Positions 57,028-64,000 of a stretch of 64,000 bases of DNA are shown in pieces. Source of the stretch: a virus; the IMG/VR virus record IMGVR_UViG_3300049491_000465, positions 1-64,000 of that record, one strand, 5' to 3'. Both the position numbers and the translations under genes were made by a program. A model generated the notes under the pieces. The model saw nothing but the letters and a program-made list of their open reading frames with translations. It ran no database searches and was not told the origin of the DNA. Numbering within the stretch: the first letter of the stretch is position 1; the number at the start of each line of letters is the position of its first letter.

Positions 57028-57088
57028 TTTATTATATTAGTACTCTATTAGTATTGTTCCAATACTTGCACAGCTAAAAACCCAACCT

Positions 57089-57132
57089 AAAAAAAAGACC
57101 CCCACTCTGTAATAGAATGGGGGTCTTTTTTT
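57089..57132. terminator. bidirectional rho-independent terminator
   Basis: A8-GACCCCCA...TGGGGGTC-T7 between convergent gene blocks. Confidence 0.9.
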
Positions 57133-57382
57133 ATTTAGAGTACTTCTTTGCGAATTTTAATATGAATGCATTTTCAAGACATGCTCTGTTCAATCCGTCT
57201 GCTTTTGTTAAAGCCCAATAATAATCTCCTGCAAGAACAGCTTTCATAAATGAACCTGCTCCTCTTTCGTATCTTTCAACATCAATTTGTTTATTGATTA
57301 TTTTGGTGCAAACTTCAGCTACATTTTCATTACCAGATTTGGTTAATGCTTTAAGCATTTCATCTCTTGTTAAATTATTCAT
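57131..57382 (-). CDS. hypothetical protein
   Basis: 83 aa; GSFMKAVL.GD...A...AD..N. Confidence 0.65.
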   Translation of the reverse strand: MNNLTRDEMLKALTKSGNENVAEVCTKIINKQIDVERYERGAGSFMKAVLAGDYYWALTKADGLNRACLENAFILKFAKKYSK

Positions 57383-57767
57383 CGCTCATCATGTTTTTGA
57401 TGGTTGAAGGAATTAGTCTATCTGGAATTTCCATTCCATTGGCTATCATAAAAGCCAGCTCTATTGAGTCCCGGTATTCCTGATTAGTAAATCCTTTAAG
57501 AAATCTTATAGTACAATTTTCGAATCCGAATTCACGCTTAATATCTTCAGTTGTAGGAAGAATACATGGTTTTCCATCTGATGATTCTAATGAAAAATCA
57601 ACAAACTTATATTGATCTTTTATATAGATGTTTCTGCTTAAAAAGCTGATAAACTCTCTATTGTTTTTACAAAAGATTAAATAATGTTTTTTGCTTGATC
57701 TTAAACCTCTTAAAGGCTGAACATTCTGACGAATCTTTTTACTGTCGTCACTACTTTTCTGGTTCAT
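57375..57767 (-). CDS. hypothetical protein
   Basis: Overlapping operon packing. Confidence 0.6.
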   Translation of the reverse strand: MNQKSSDDSKKIRQNVQPLRGLRSSKKHYLIFCKNNREFISFLSRNIYIKDQYKFVDFSLESSDGKPCILPTTEDIKREFGFENCTIRFLKGFTNQEYRDSIELAFMIANGMEIPDRLIPSTIKNMMSDE

Positions 57768-58131
57768 ACTTCACATCATTAAATGATCCGTCATCCAATA
57801 TTGTTGACGTTCCCAGAACTCCCTGGGTAATAAACAACTGTTCCAATGAACTGATTACATCCCTCAAATGCTTTGCACTGTCAATTAAGCCCATTTGATG
57901 AGCGTAATGAATGTTTGCTGCTAAAGAGGTTACGAGAACTTCTTTTATGGCATTACAGCCATCTAAAGTAGGTTTTCCCTCAGAGTCTTTGTAGGCTTCT
58001 TCTCTTAGATTATCAGAAACCTCTAAAGAATACCTTGATGTTCTATGTTGTTTTGCATCAGTTCTATCCCTGTCAAAATTTTGTACTTCTATTTCAAGAA
58101 AGCTTACGACTTCAAATACTATTTTACTCAT
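57751..58131 (-). CDS. hypothetical protein
   Basis: Overlapping operon packing. Confidence 0.65.
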   Translation of the reverse strand: MSKIVFEVVSFLEIEVQNFDRDRTDAKQHRTSRYSLEVSDNLREEAYKDSEGKPTLDGCNAIKEVLVTSLAANIHYAHQMGLIDSAKHLRDVISSLEQLFITQGVLGTSTILDDGSFNDVKYEPEK

Positions 58132-58438
58132 TTTCTTCCGGTCTTTTAATTTCTATTTCTTTTCTGCTTGTTACTTTATCAAGTAGTTCTGGTAGTACTT
58201 CCCATCCATCGCATTTTGCAACGTCATAAAATGGTTTTCCTTCATTGTTGTAATTTACTGATGGAAAAAATGCTTTCTTCAAACAATACATGTGAGGTCT
58301 TTCTCTGGTTCCGTTGAGAACCTCTTCATTAGACATCGGTATTTTTCCTGACGGCATGTGGATACATGATTCGCAAAGAGATGTCATTTTGAATTCACCA
58401 ACTGCTATTGCACGATGCTTAAACTTTTTGTCATTCAT
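58124..58438 (-). CDS. hypothetical Cys-containing protein
   Basis: CESC...C...C. Confidence 0.6.
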   Translation of the reverse strand: MNDKKFKHRAIAVGEFKMTSLCESCIHMPSGKIPMSNEEVLNGTRERPHMYCLKKAFFPSVNYNNEGKPFYDVAKCDGWEVLPELLDKVTSRKEIEIKRPEENE

Positions 58439-58450
58439 TTCAAATCGTTT

Positions 58451-58744
58451 TTAAGGTTTCTTTTTTGATTTTATTTTGTTCTTCAGATAATCTAATCTTC
58501 TTTTTATCTGATCGATTTTAGTGATCTTTTCAGAGTCTTTTCGTTTAGCTTTGAAATAATGTTTAAATTGATTCATTGACGAAACGTGATACTTATCACA
58601 ATGTTCGCACAAATATATCCCTTTAATCGTTTTTCCTTCTCCTGTTTCTGAAACATCCCTATTTATGTAAAACCTAACTCTTCTTGCTTGTTTTTTTGTT
58701 AGCATTCTTTTCCCAGTAAACCAACATAATTCCCAATCGGTCAT
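58451..58744 (-). CDS. basic zinc-ribbon protein
   Basis: IYLCEHCDKYHVSS. Confidence 0.6.
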   Translation of the reverse strand: MTDWELCWFTGKRMLTKKQARRVRFYINRDVSETGEGKTIKGIYLCEHCDKYHVSSMNQFKHYFKAKRKDSEKITKIDQIKRRLDYLKNKIKSKKKP

Positions 58745-58746
58745 CT

Positions 58747-58935
58747 TTAATTTGATCGATTTTTTGAATCGTATTCAATAAGTTCTTTTAGAAAAAACAA
58801 TTCCATTGAGAACATCCTGTTTCTCTCGATAAGGATCTCTTTTTCTGTATCATTTTTTTCTCTTAGGAAGTTTCTCATTAACTCCTCTTTTTGCATTTCA
58901 ATCTTTGAAATTCTGTTTTTGATTTTCTCAATCAT
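58747..58935 (-). CDS. small coiled-coil protein
   Basis: 62-aa ORF. Confidence 0.55.
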   Translation of the reverse strand: MIEKIKNRISKIEMQKEELMRNFLREKNDTEKEILIERNRMFSMELFFLKELIEYDSKNRSN

Positions 58936-58970
58936 GATTCAATTATTTAGTTTGACAAAAGGTTAAATTG

Positions 58971-58997
58971 AAAAGCCCCCTAATAAAAGGAGGCTTT
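58971..58997 (-). terminator. rho-independent terminator (- strand)
   Basis: Minus strand reads AAAGCCTCCT-TTTATT-AGGGGGCTTTT. Confidence 0.6.
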
Positions 58998-59060
58998 AAC
59001 CTAAACCACTATTCACTGAACTTGAATGTACATAAATATACAAATTTCTCTTATTAAATC

Positions 59061-59465
59061 CTAATTGTAAGATGTTAATTCCGAGTAGTTTGACGTTTTT
59101 GTACCTGAAGTATATTTAATACCATTTAAGTTGTAAGCCCTACCTATTCTGAGGCTTCCAGACCCTTCAATTATCGCATAAGAATAAACTGTTCCTGTAA
59201 GACTTGATACACAAGTGAATGTCAGCATGTTTTCTTCTTCGATATATTCATGGAGGTTTATGTAATAACATTGACTGGCTGTAACATTGCCATTTGCATC
59301 CATGACTATATGTGTCATATATTCATCAGCTACGTTTACTATGTAAATGTCATTAACACGCTCAATTACGACTCCATCTTTCGACCATTGAGACACCCTG
59401 AATGTTAATTGGGAATAAGATATCCCTGATAAAGCTATGAAGATAGCTAAGATTAAATTTTTCAT
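59061..59465 (-). CDS. secreted/periplasmic protein with a signal peptide
   Basis: MKNLILAIFIALSGISYS|Q, a Sec signal followed by Gln as is common in Bacteroidota. Confidence 0.7.
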   Translation of the reverse strand: MKNLILAIFIALSGISYSQLTFRVSQWSKDGVVIERVNDIYIVNVADEYMTHIVMDANGNVTASQCYYINLHEYIEEENMLTFTCVSSLTGTVYSYAIIEGSGSLRIGRAYNLNGIKYTSGTKTSNYSELTSYN

Positions 59466-59471
59466 AAATCT

Positions 59472-59663
59472 TTAAAAATTGGTTTTTCGATATGTGTCAT
59501 TCAAATCATCCTCAATCAACTCCTGGGTTAATTTTTTGGCAAGATAAACAGAGCACTTGAATCTTTTCCGAATGTAAGCCTCAATTTCTTTTGGATCTTC
59601 TGGAAAATCTCTTCTGTCTCTATTTATTATCAGTTTTATTGATCTTCTCTTTGTACTCTTCAT
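59472..59663 (-). CDS. small basic hypothetical protein
   Basis: Likely start MKSTKRR at 59663; the longer ORF-track start overlaps the neighbour too much. Confidence 0.5.
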   Translation of the reverse strand: MKSTKRRSIKLIINRDRRDFPEDPKEIEAYIRKRFKCSVYLAKKLTQELIEDDLNDTYRKTNF

Positions 59664-59928
59664 ACACTTGTTTGTGAAATTTAGAATTGATTTTACTGTT
59701 TTGATCTTTCTCTGCATGAAACCACACTGGCACTTTCTTCCATTCTTCCCATTCAAGAGATTCATACCTTACAGAGATCACGTCATGATCTCTTTTAATG
59801 ATGAAAATAGCAGCTTTGATTTGTTCTTCTGTATGAACTCCTTTTAAAGGGAACAACCAGAATCTTGCACCTCCAACACCTAAAGCGTAATCGTACTTTA
59901 TGGTTGTATTTTCTACAAGTTCAGTCAT
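59620..59928 (-). CDS. hypothetical protein
   Basis: Operon packing. Confidence 0.6.
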   Translation of the reverse strand: MTELVENTTIKYDYALGVGGARFWLFPLKGVHTEEQIKAAIFIIKRDHDVISVRYESLEWEEWKKVPVWFHAEKDQNSKINSKFHKQVYEEYKEKINKTDNK

Positions 59929-60290
59929 TAGTTGAACAGTTCTTGATCATTGGTGTGATCACCTTTTTGAGCATCTATCTCAAGTGTTTGTTTCACAGAT
60001 TTCATTACCTGAAGACAAACATCTTGATGATACGATATCAAGTCATCAATTATAATGATTGTGTTTACAGTATCTTCAATTTTTTGCAACTCTTCTTTCT
60101 TTGCTTTAATCTTGAACTGTAATCCTTGAGGAGAAGGTTCGATTTTAGCACAGGAGTATGAAGCATCAACTTTCATGAAGTGTTCTCCAAATCCAGGAGA
60201 ATGAAGTACGATTGATCCATTGATGTCGTACTTGTCAAGAATAGCCTTGATATCTTTCATGGCATTCTTTAGTTTAGGGTCAAATTTCAT
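59928..60290 (-). CDS. hypothetical protein
   Basis: Operon packing. Confidence 0.65.
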   Translation of the reverse strand: MKFDPKLKNAMKDIKAILDKYDINGSIVLHSPGFGEHFMKVDASYSCAKIEPSPQGLQFKIKAKKEELQKIEDTVNTIIIIDDLISYHQDVCLQVMKSVKQTLEIDAQKGDHTNDQELFN

Positions 60291-60723
60291 TCAAATAATC
60301 GTAATTACCGCCAAAAAGATCTGGTTGTTTTGTGTATCCTCTCTTTCGACATTCGTTAATAAACACTTGTGGAGTCTTCACTCCATACTTTTGATCTTCA
60401 TGGATCAGGTACTCTATATCTAAGTAATCCCAACATTCATACACCCTTTTACAGCATCCGAAATTCTCTATTTGCTCTTCATATTCAAGATCAGAAATCT
60501 CTCTTGTTACGATAACTTCAATTGCTTTATCCATTGCTGGAGGACGTATTTTCCCAGGAAAATGATCAATTAAAAATAAAATATATCTGTTGTTTCTTCT
60601 TTCTTGTTTCCAGATGCAATACTTTATTTTCCATTTTGATTTAGGAAGCTTTTTTCTTAAGAATGCTTTTTCCTTATCTGTAAACTTTCTTCCTTTTACG
60701 TTGTAAAGATCATCAAGTTTCAT
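60280..60723 (-). CDS. hypothetical protein
   Basis: Operon packing. Confidence 0.6.
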   Translation of the reverse strand: MKLDDLYNVKGRKFTDKEKAFLRKKLPKSKWKIKYCIWKQERRNNRYILFLIDHFPGKIRPPAMDKAIEVIVTREISDLEYEEQIENFGCCKRVYECWDYLDIEYLIHEDQKYGVKTPQVFINECRKRGYTKQPDLFGGNYDYLNEI

Positions 60724-60748
60724 CAGTCTTTTTTTTTAATTTTTAGAA

Positions 60749-61048
60749 CTACACCAATTCATTTAAATGACGTAAACTGAACTCGATTTTTGAATTACAT
60801 CTCTCTAACTTCTCAATTAGACGAAGAACTTCGTCCGCAAAGCTTTCTGATTCATTAATTGATCTTTCATCTTCCACTTCTGGTTCAGAATATCTTTTGA
60901 TAATCTGTAATTTTGAATCCAAATCAAAAGTAAGACATTCAAAATGATTTACAGCGTTAGTTAGTCTTTCTGTTAATTCAACTAATTCAGGTCTTCTATC
61001 TCTCATTGGACGAGCGACCTCTTCACATTGTTTGTTTTTACTTACCAT
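60749..61048 (-). CDS. coiled-coil hypothetical protein
   Basis: 99-aa ORF. Confidence 0.6.
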   Translation of the reverse strand: MVSKNKQCEEVARPMRDRRPELVELTERLTNAVNHFECLTFDLDSKLQIIKRYSEPEVEDERSINESESFADEVLRLIEKLERCNSKIEFSLRHLNELV

Positions 61049-61181
61049 TTTGTTTTTCTAATTGTTTAATAATAATGTATCCCGTAAGGAATATAGCACC
61101 CAGTATAGCGTAGGTGTCGCTTTTGAATAAAAGACAGAAAAATGTTGATATTATTCCTGATGCGTAAAGAACTTTTTTCAT
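61038..61181 (-). CDS. small two-TM membrane protein (47 aa, absent from the ORF track)
   Basis: Manual translation MKKVLYASGIISTFFCLLFKSDTYAILGAIFLTGYIIIKQLEKQNGK; fills the gap between genes. Confidence 0.6.
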   Translation of the reverse strand: MKKVLYASGIISTFFCLLFKSDTYAILGAIFLTGYIIIKQLEKQNGK

Positions 61182-61202
61182 TTGTTAATTTTTAAAATTT
61201 AA

Positions 61203-61254
61203 CATAACAAAGCGTAAGCGAGACTTCGCCATCGCCTACTTGCCTTCCGTTATG
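61203..61254 (-). other. attC-like imperfect palindrome overlapping a stop codon
   Basis: Minus strand CATAAC..GTAGGCGA..TCGCTTAC..GTTATG. Confidence 0.45.
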
Positions 61255-61690
61255 AACCATATTTCTCTAAAAATGATACTACATCACTTATGTCTCGAAT
61301 TTTTGTTTTTAAATTCCTCATGTCAAATAATCCATAATTCGATGCAAGATCATGTTCAACATCTGCACTTTCTATTTTTTGTTCAATTATACTTTCTTCA
61401 GGAGGAGAATTATGAGAAATTTCAAACCCCCAATCACCATCGTGATCAAGATAAAATATAAGGGTTCTCATATTGGTATCTCTTGAAACTAAAACTTCTT
61501 TCATATTATCTAAAGAATAATCGAAAGTGAAATCTGGACTGTCGAAAGCGAATTGTAATGCTTCTGAAATAATTATTACTTCTTCATCTGAAATAATCCC
61601 TTCATTTACATGAAAAAACATTGCATCAATTCCAACTCTAACATTAATTAAAAGTTCTAATGAATCTTCTGTAAAAGAAATTGTTGTCAT
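61250..61690 (-). CDS. acidic hypothetical protein
   Basis: 146-aa ORF. Confidence 0.6.
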   Translation of the reverse strand: MTTISFTEDSLELLINVRVGIDAMFFHVNEGIISDEEVIIISEALQFAFDSPDFTFDYSLDNMKEVLVSRDTNMRTLIFYLDHDGDWGFEISHNSPPEESIIEQKIESADVEHDLASNYGLFDMRNLKTKIRDISDVVSFLEKYGS

Positions 61691-61941
61691 ACTATTCCAA
61701 GTTTTTTAAAGCTCCATTGATACTTACATTTAGGACATGTTACATATAGCCATTTACGATTCCTGAATCCTTTGACTTTATATCCGGCTTCATGATCGTA
61801 ATGCTCTATTTTTAGCCCTTTAAGAAAAACAAAAGAGGATTCTTTCGAATCTGTTCTTCTACACCATTTACAATCTTTTTGATCCAACTCTTGTTGGTGT
61901 TCCTCAATTGATTTTATCATTTTTAACAGTTGAAGGGTCAA
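61687..61941 (-). CDS. zinc-finger protein
   Basis: CKWC...CPKC. Confidence 0.55.
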   Translation of the reverse strand: MTLQLLKMIKSIEEHQQELDQKDCKWCRRTDSKESSFVFLKGLKIEHYDHEAGYKVKGFRNRKWLYVTCPKCKYQWSFKKLGIV

Positions 61942-62152
61942 TGAAACTTTTGTTTTTAATTAAATAATCCCAATGCTTCTCGAATCTTTCTACTTTTCGA
62001 TACCTTGGAACAATAAAGAATATGGTTTTTGGTATTTTGATTAATCCCCAAAATATTAATCTTACAAGCTTCAATTCATAAACAGTTCCGACATCTCTAT
62101 CGGAACTTTGTATGCTTGAAACTTTATAAGATACTAATTGAATTTTACTCAT
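61904..62152 (-). CDS. hypothetical protein
   Basis: Operon packing. Confidence 0.55.
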   Translation of the reverse strand: MSKIQLVSYKVSSIQSSDRDVGTVYELKLVRLIFWGLIKIPKTIFFIVPRYRKVERFEKHWDYLIKNKSFIDPSTVKNDKIN

Positions 62153-62928
62153 ACAGTAACGATTTTCTTTGCTTTTGTAGCATCAACACAAAGACTTTCA
62201 GCTAATGGACAATTCTTGCAATTGGATTCCATTGGCCGGGTGTAATAACCTTTGCTTTCATGCCGGTTAATTTTTTCGATTGTAGATCTAATTGCTTCTT
62301 GTAGTTCGTACTTCTCCAACGTACCCATCAATTTCTTAATGATTTTGTATTCTGGAGTCGGTTTGTAATCAAACACAAGGTAGTAGAATGGCACATCCTT
62401 TCCATACAGTATCTCATACAGAGTTTTATACATATAAACCTGCGTATGATCCATATTATGAGGAAAATGCCAACAGTAGGGTCCAAATTGAGAATAAATA
62501 TTCTCTGTCAGTTTAAGATCAAATATCACATCCGGAAGAGGTCCATCTGTATCATCCCATACTGATCCAGTAAAATCAATTTCACCACACATGAAAAGAT
62601 CCTTCTCAAACTCATGTTCTAAATACAATTGAGTTTTATCAATTTTAATTCTGTGAGCATTAAGGACGTTTGGAAACTCCATTGCTTGCATATCAATACG
62701 CAATTGAGCAGTAGATTTGTTTCCGTTTTTCAATCTCTTCAGATCGGTTATTTTCTTCCCTTTTGCTCCAGAGCCTAAACAGAGAGTCTCAAAGTAAGCC
62801 CCTCTGTTCATAGCTTCTGACGGAATTAAATCGTGAGTCTTATCAATGTAAACTTTTTTGAGCTTCATCGGACAATAATCATCCGTGTTGAACGCTTTGA
62901 TTAATGATTGACTGATTTTTAGTACCAT
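62149..62928 (-). CDS. Cas4/RecB-like PD-(D/E)XK exonuclease with probable Fe-S ligands
   Basis: SQS..YCP, RG..FE, GEID..IFDLK, QVYMY, CKNCPLAESLC. Confidence 0.8.
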   Translation of the reverse strand: MVLKISQSLIKAFNTDDYCPMKLKKVYIDKTHDLIPSEAMNRGAYFETLCLGSGAKGKKITDLKRLKNGNKSTAQLRIDMQAMEFPNVLNAHRIKIDKTQLYLEHEFEKDLFMCGEIDFTGSVWDDTDGPLPDVIFDLKLTENIYSQFGPYCWHFPHNMDHTQVYMYKTLYEILYGKDVPFYYLVFDYKPTPEYKIIKKLMGTLEKYELQEAIRSTIEKINRHESKGYYTRPMESNCKNCPLAESLCVDATKAKKIVTV

Positions 62929-63451
62929 ATAGATTTGTTTTAGTAGTGTTACAGAATATTGAATTTATTCTCTCAGAAACTTCATCTCTCAAATCGTCTC
63001 CTCTTAAATAGGAGTCAAGTAGGTTCTGTTTTATCTTGATTACCAATTCTTCAAGCTTATCCATTTCCTGTATCAATTCGTAGAATGATTGGTCTTGAAG
63101 TTTTTGAAATTGTTCATCACTTTTCTTTGATCGAAACAGAAATTCTCTTCTGATTGGATCGAATAGATTCTTGTAGTTTTTGTAGTTCTGACTGTACAAT
63201 TCAATATGCTCAACAAGACCATGTGTAATTGATGAATGGTCTTTATTAACCAAAGTAGCTACATCTATATTGCTTTCTTCGATTTCATCCATTAACGCAT
63301 ACATCATGTATCTTGAGAATACTACTTCTTGTTTTCTGTTTTTTGAATAGATATCATTCCTGTTTAAGCCTAAATAGCTTGATATAATCTCCAAGGCAAG
63401 ACAGAAATTTAATTTGGTACTATTCTTTATTAAATTTGAATTCTTTCTCAT
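62879..63451 (-). CDS. DnaA domain-IV-like HTH protein
   Basis: SKNRKQEVVFSR...MY.L.....VA..VNKDHSSITHG resembles the DnaA C-terminal RDHTTV.H signature. Confidence 0.75.
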   Translation of the reverse strand: MRKNSNLIKNSTKLNFCLALEIISSYLGLNRNDIYSKNRKQEVVFSRYMMYALMDEIEESNIDVATLVNKDHSSITHGLVEHIELYSQNYKNYKNLFDPIRREFLFRSKKSDEQFQKLQDQSFYELIQEMDKLEELVIKIKQNLLDSYLRGDDLRDEVSERINSIFCNTTKTNLYGTKNQSIINQSVQHG

Positions 63452-63454
63452 AAT

Positions 63455-63742
63455 CTAATCGATGTCGTAATTTGTTTTACCTAGATCTTTCAGTATTTCA
63501 ACTGAGTTAATGTTTGGGTCTGATAATTTATCATAGTTGAGATGAAGCTGTAAACACACCTTTTTTATCACCCTTTCTTTGAATTTAACAACCCTTTTCT
63601 CTTCGTTGATGATAAGTATTACCTCAACTGCTTTGGTTACAACTGGAACAGGAAACTCAACTTTTCTTCCATTTGGATTTATCTTGTAAGTTTTCTCGTT
63701 GTACTTGATTGATACTTTTGCGAGTTTAATTGATCCTCTCAT
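63455..63742 (-). CDS. hypothetical protein
   Basis: 95-aa ORF. Confidence 0.55.
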   Translation of the reverse strand: MRGSIKLAKVSIKYNEKTYKINPNGRKVEFPVPVVTKAVEVILIINEEKRVVKFKERVIKKVCLQLHLNYDKLSDPNINSVEILKDLGKTNYDID

Positions 63743-63971
63743 CGACGTTCTTTACTGAATTCCACAAAATTGATAGTTTTTCATAAGGGATTTTGACCAC
63801 AAGATCTCTTCCACCAAGGAAAATGATGGTACTGGACTCCGGGTTTTCTCCAGGCATTATTCCAGACACATGTTTTAAATCAAATTGTATTTCCTCCTCT
63901 TGATCGATGCTCTTCCCAAGTAACTCGGTATGGTATTCATCTGTAAAGATTATTGTTGATTTTATTATCAT
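63726..63971 (-). CDS. hypothetical protein
   Basis: 81-aa ORF. Confidence 0.55.
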   Translation of the reverse strand: MIIKSTIIFTDEYHTELLGKSIDQEEEIQFDLKHVSGIMPGENPESSTIIFLGGRDLVVKIPYEKLSILWNSVKNVDERIN

Positions 63972-64000
63972 AATATTTTCTCGTAAATAAGATTCATGAA

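Noticed and set aside
57050-57066. Perfect hairpin AGTATTG-TTC-CAATACT as an N4-like virion RNAP promoter
   Set aside because: Single AT-rich 7-bp stem at the convergent 3' ends of genes, not upstream of any gene
202-63971. Stop-codon reassignment as in some crAss-like phages
   Set aside because: Genes are full length and tightly packed in the standard code; TAG and TGA act as real stops (e.g. 8403, 21226, 14655)
1-64000. tRNA/rRNA genes, integrase or transposase
   Set aside because: None recognised by eye; intergenic gaps are mostly too short, but tRNAscan-SE was not run

Overview
The window is a large fragment of a lytic crAss-like (Crassvirales-related) podophage genome. The host is probably Bacteroidota, judged from TAnnTTTG promoter motifs and gene order, and the genetic code is standard. 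The + strand (0.2-57 kb) carries a RusA-like resolvase, an accessory fibre cluster, a ferritin, a lysis cassette, TerL, portal, scaffold, major capsid protein, ring/tail-tube/muzzle genes, several probable ejected cargo proteins, one 6,414-aa ORF and distal Cys-rich fibre genes. A bidirectional terminator at ~57.1 kb separates these from a - strand block of small genes that includes a Cas4-like nuclease and a DnaA-domain-IV-like HTH. The most notable points are: (1) the cysteine-free 6,414-aa protein joins an SF1/RecD-like helicase, a RecB-like PD-(D/E)XK nuclease, a two-barrel RNA polymerase (DYDID) and a zincin protease; (2) a cysteine-free SET-domain protein is inserted between the tail-tube and muzzle genes and is built from modules that each end in a (F/Y)xxGGxLYxMM motif shared with another cargo protein; (3) cysteine use is strongly bimodal, with Cys-free internal proteins and very Cys-rich outer virion proteins, and a CxxC membrane protein in the structural operon could be a phage-encoded disulfide-formation catalyst. 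All family calls come from motifs read by eye; no database search was run.
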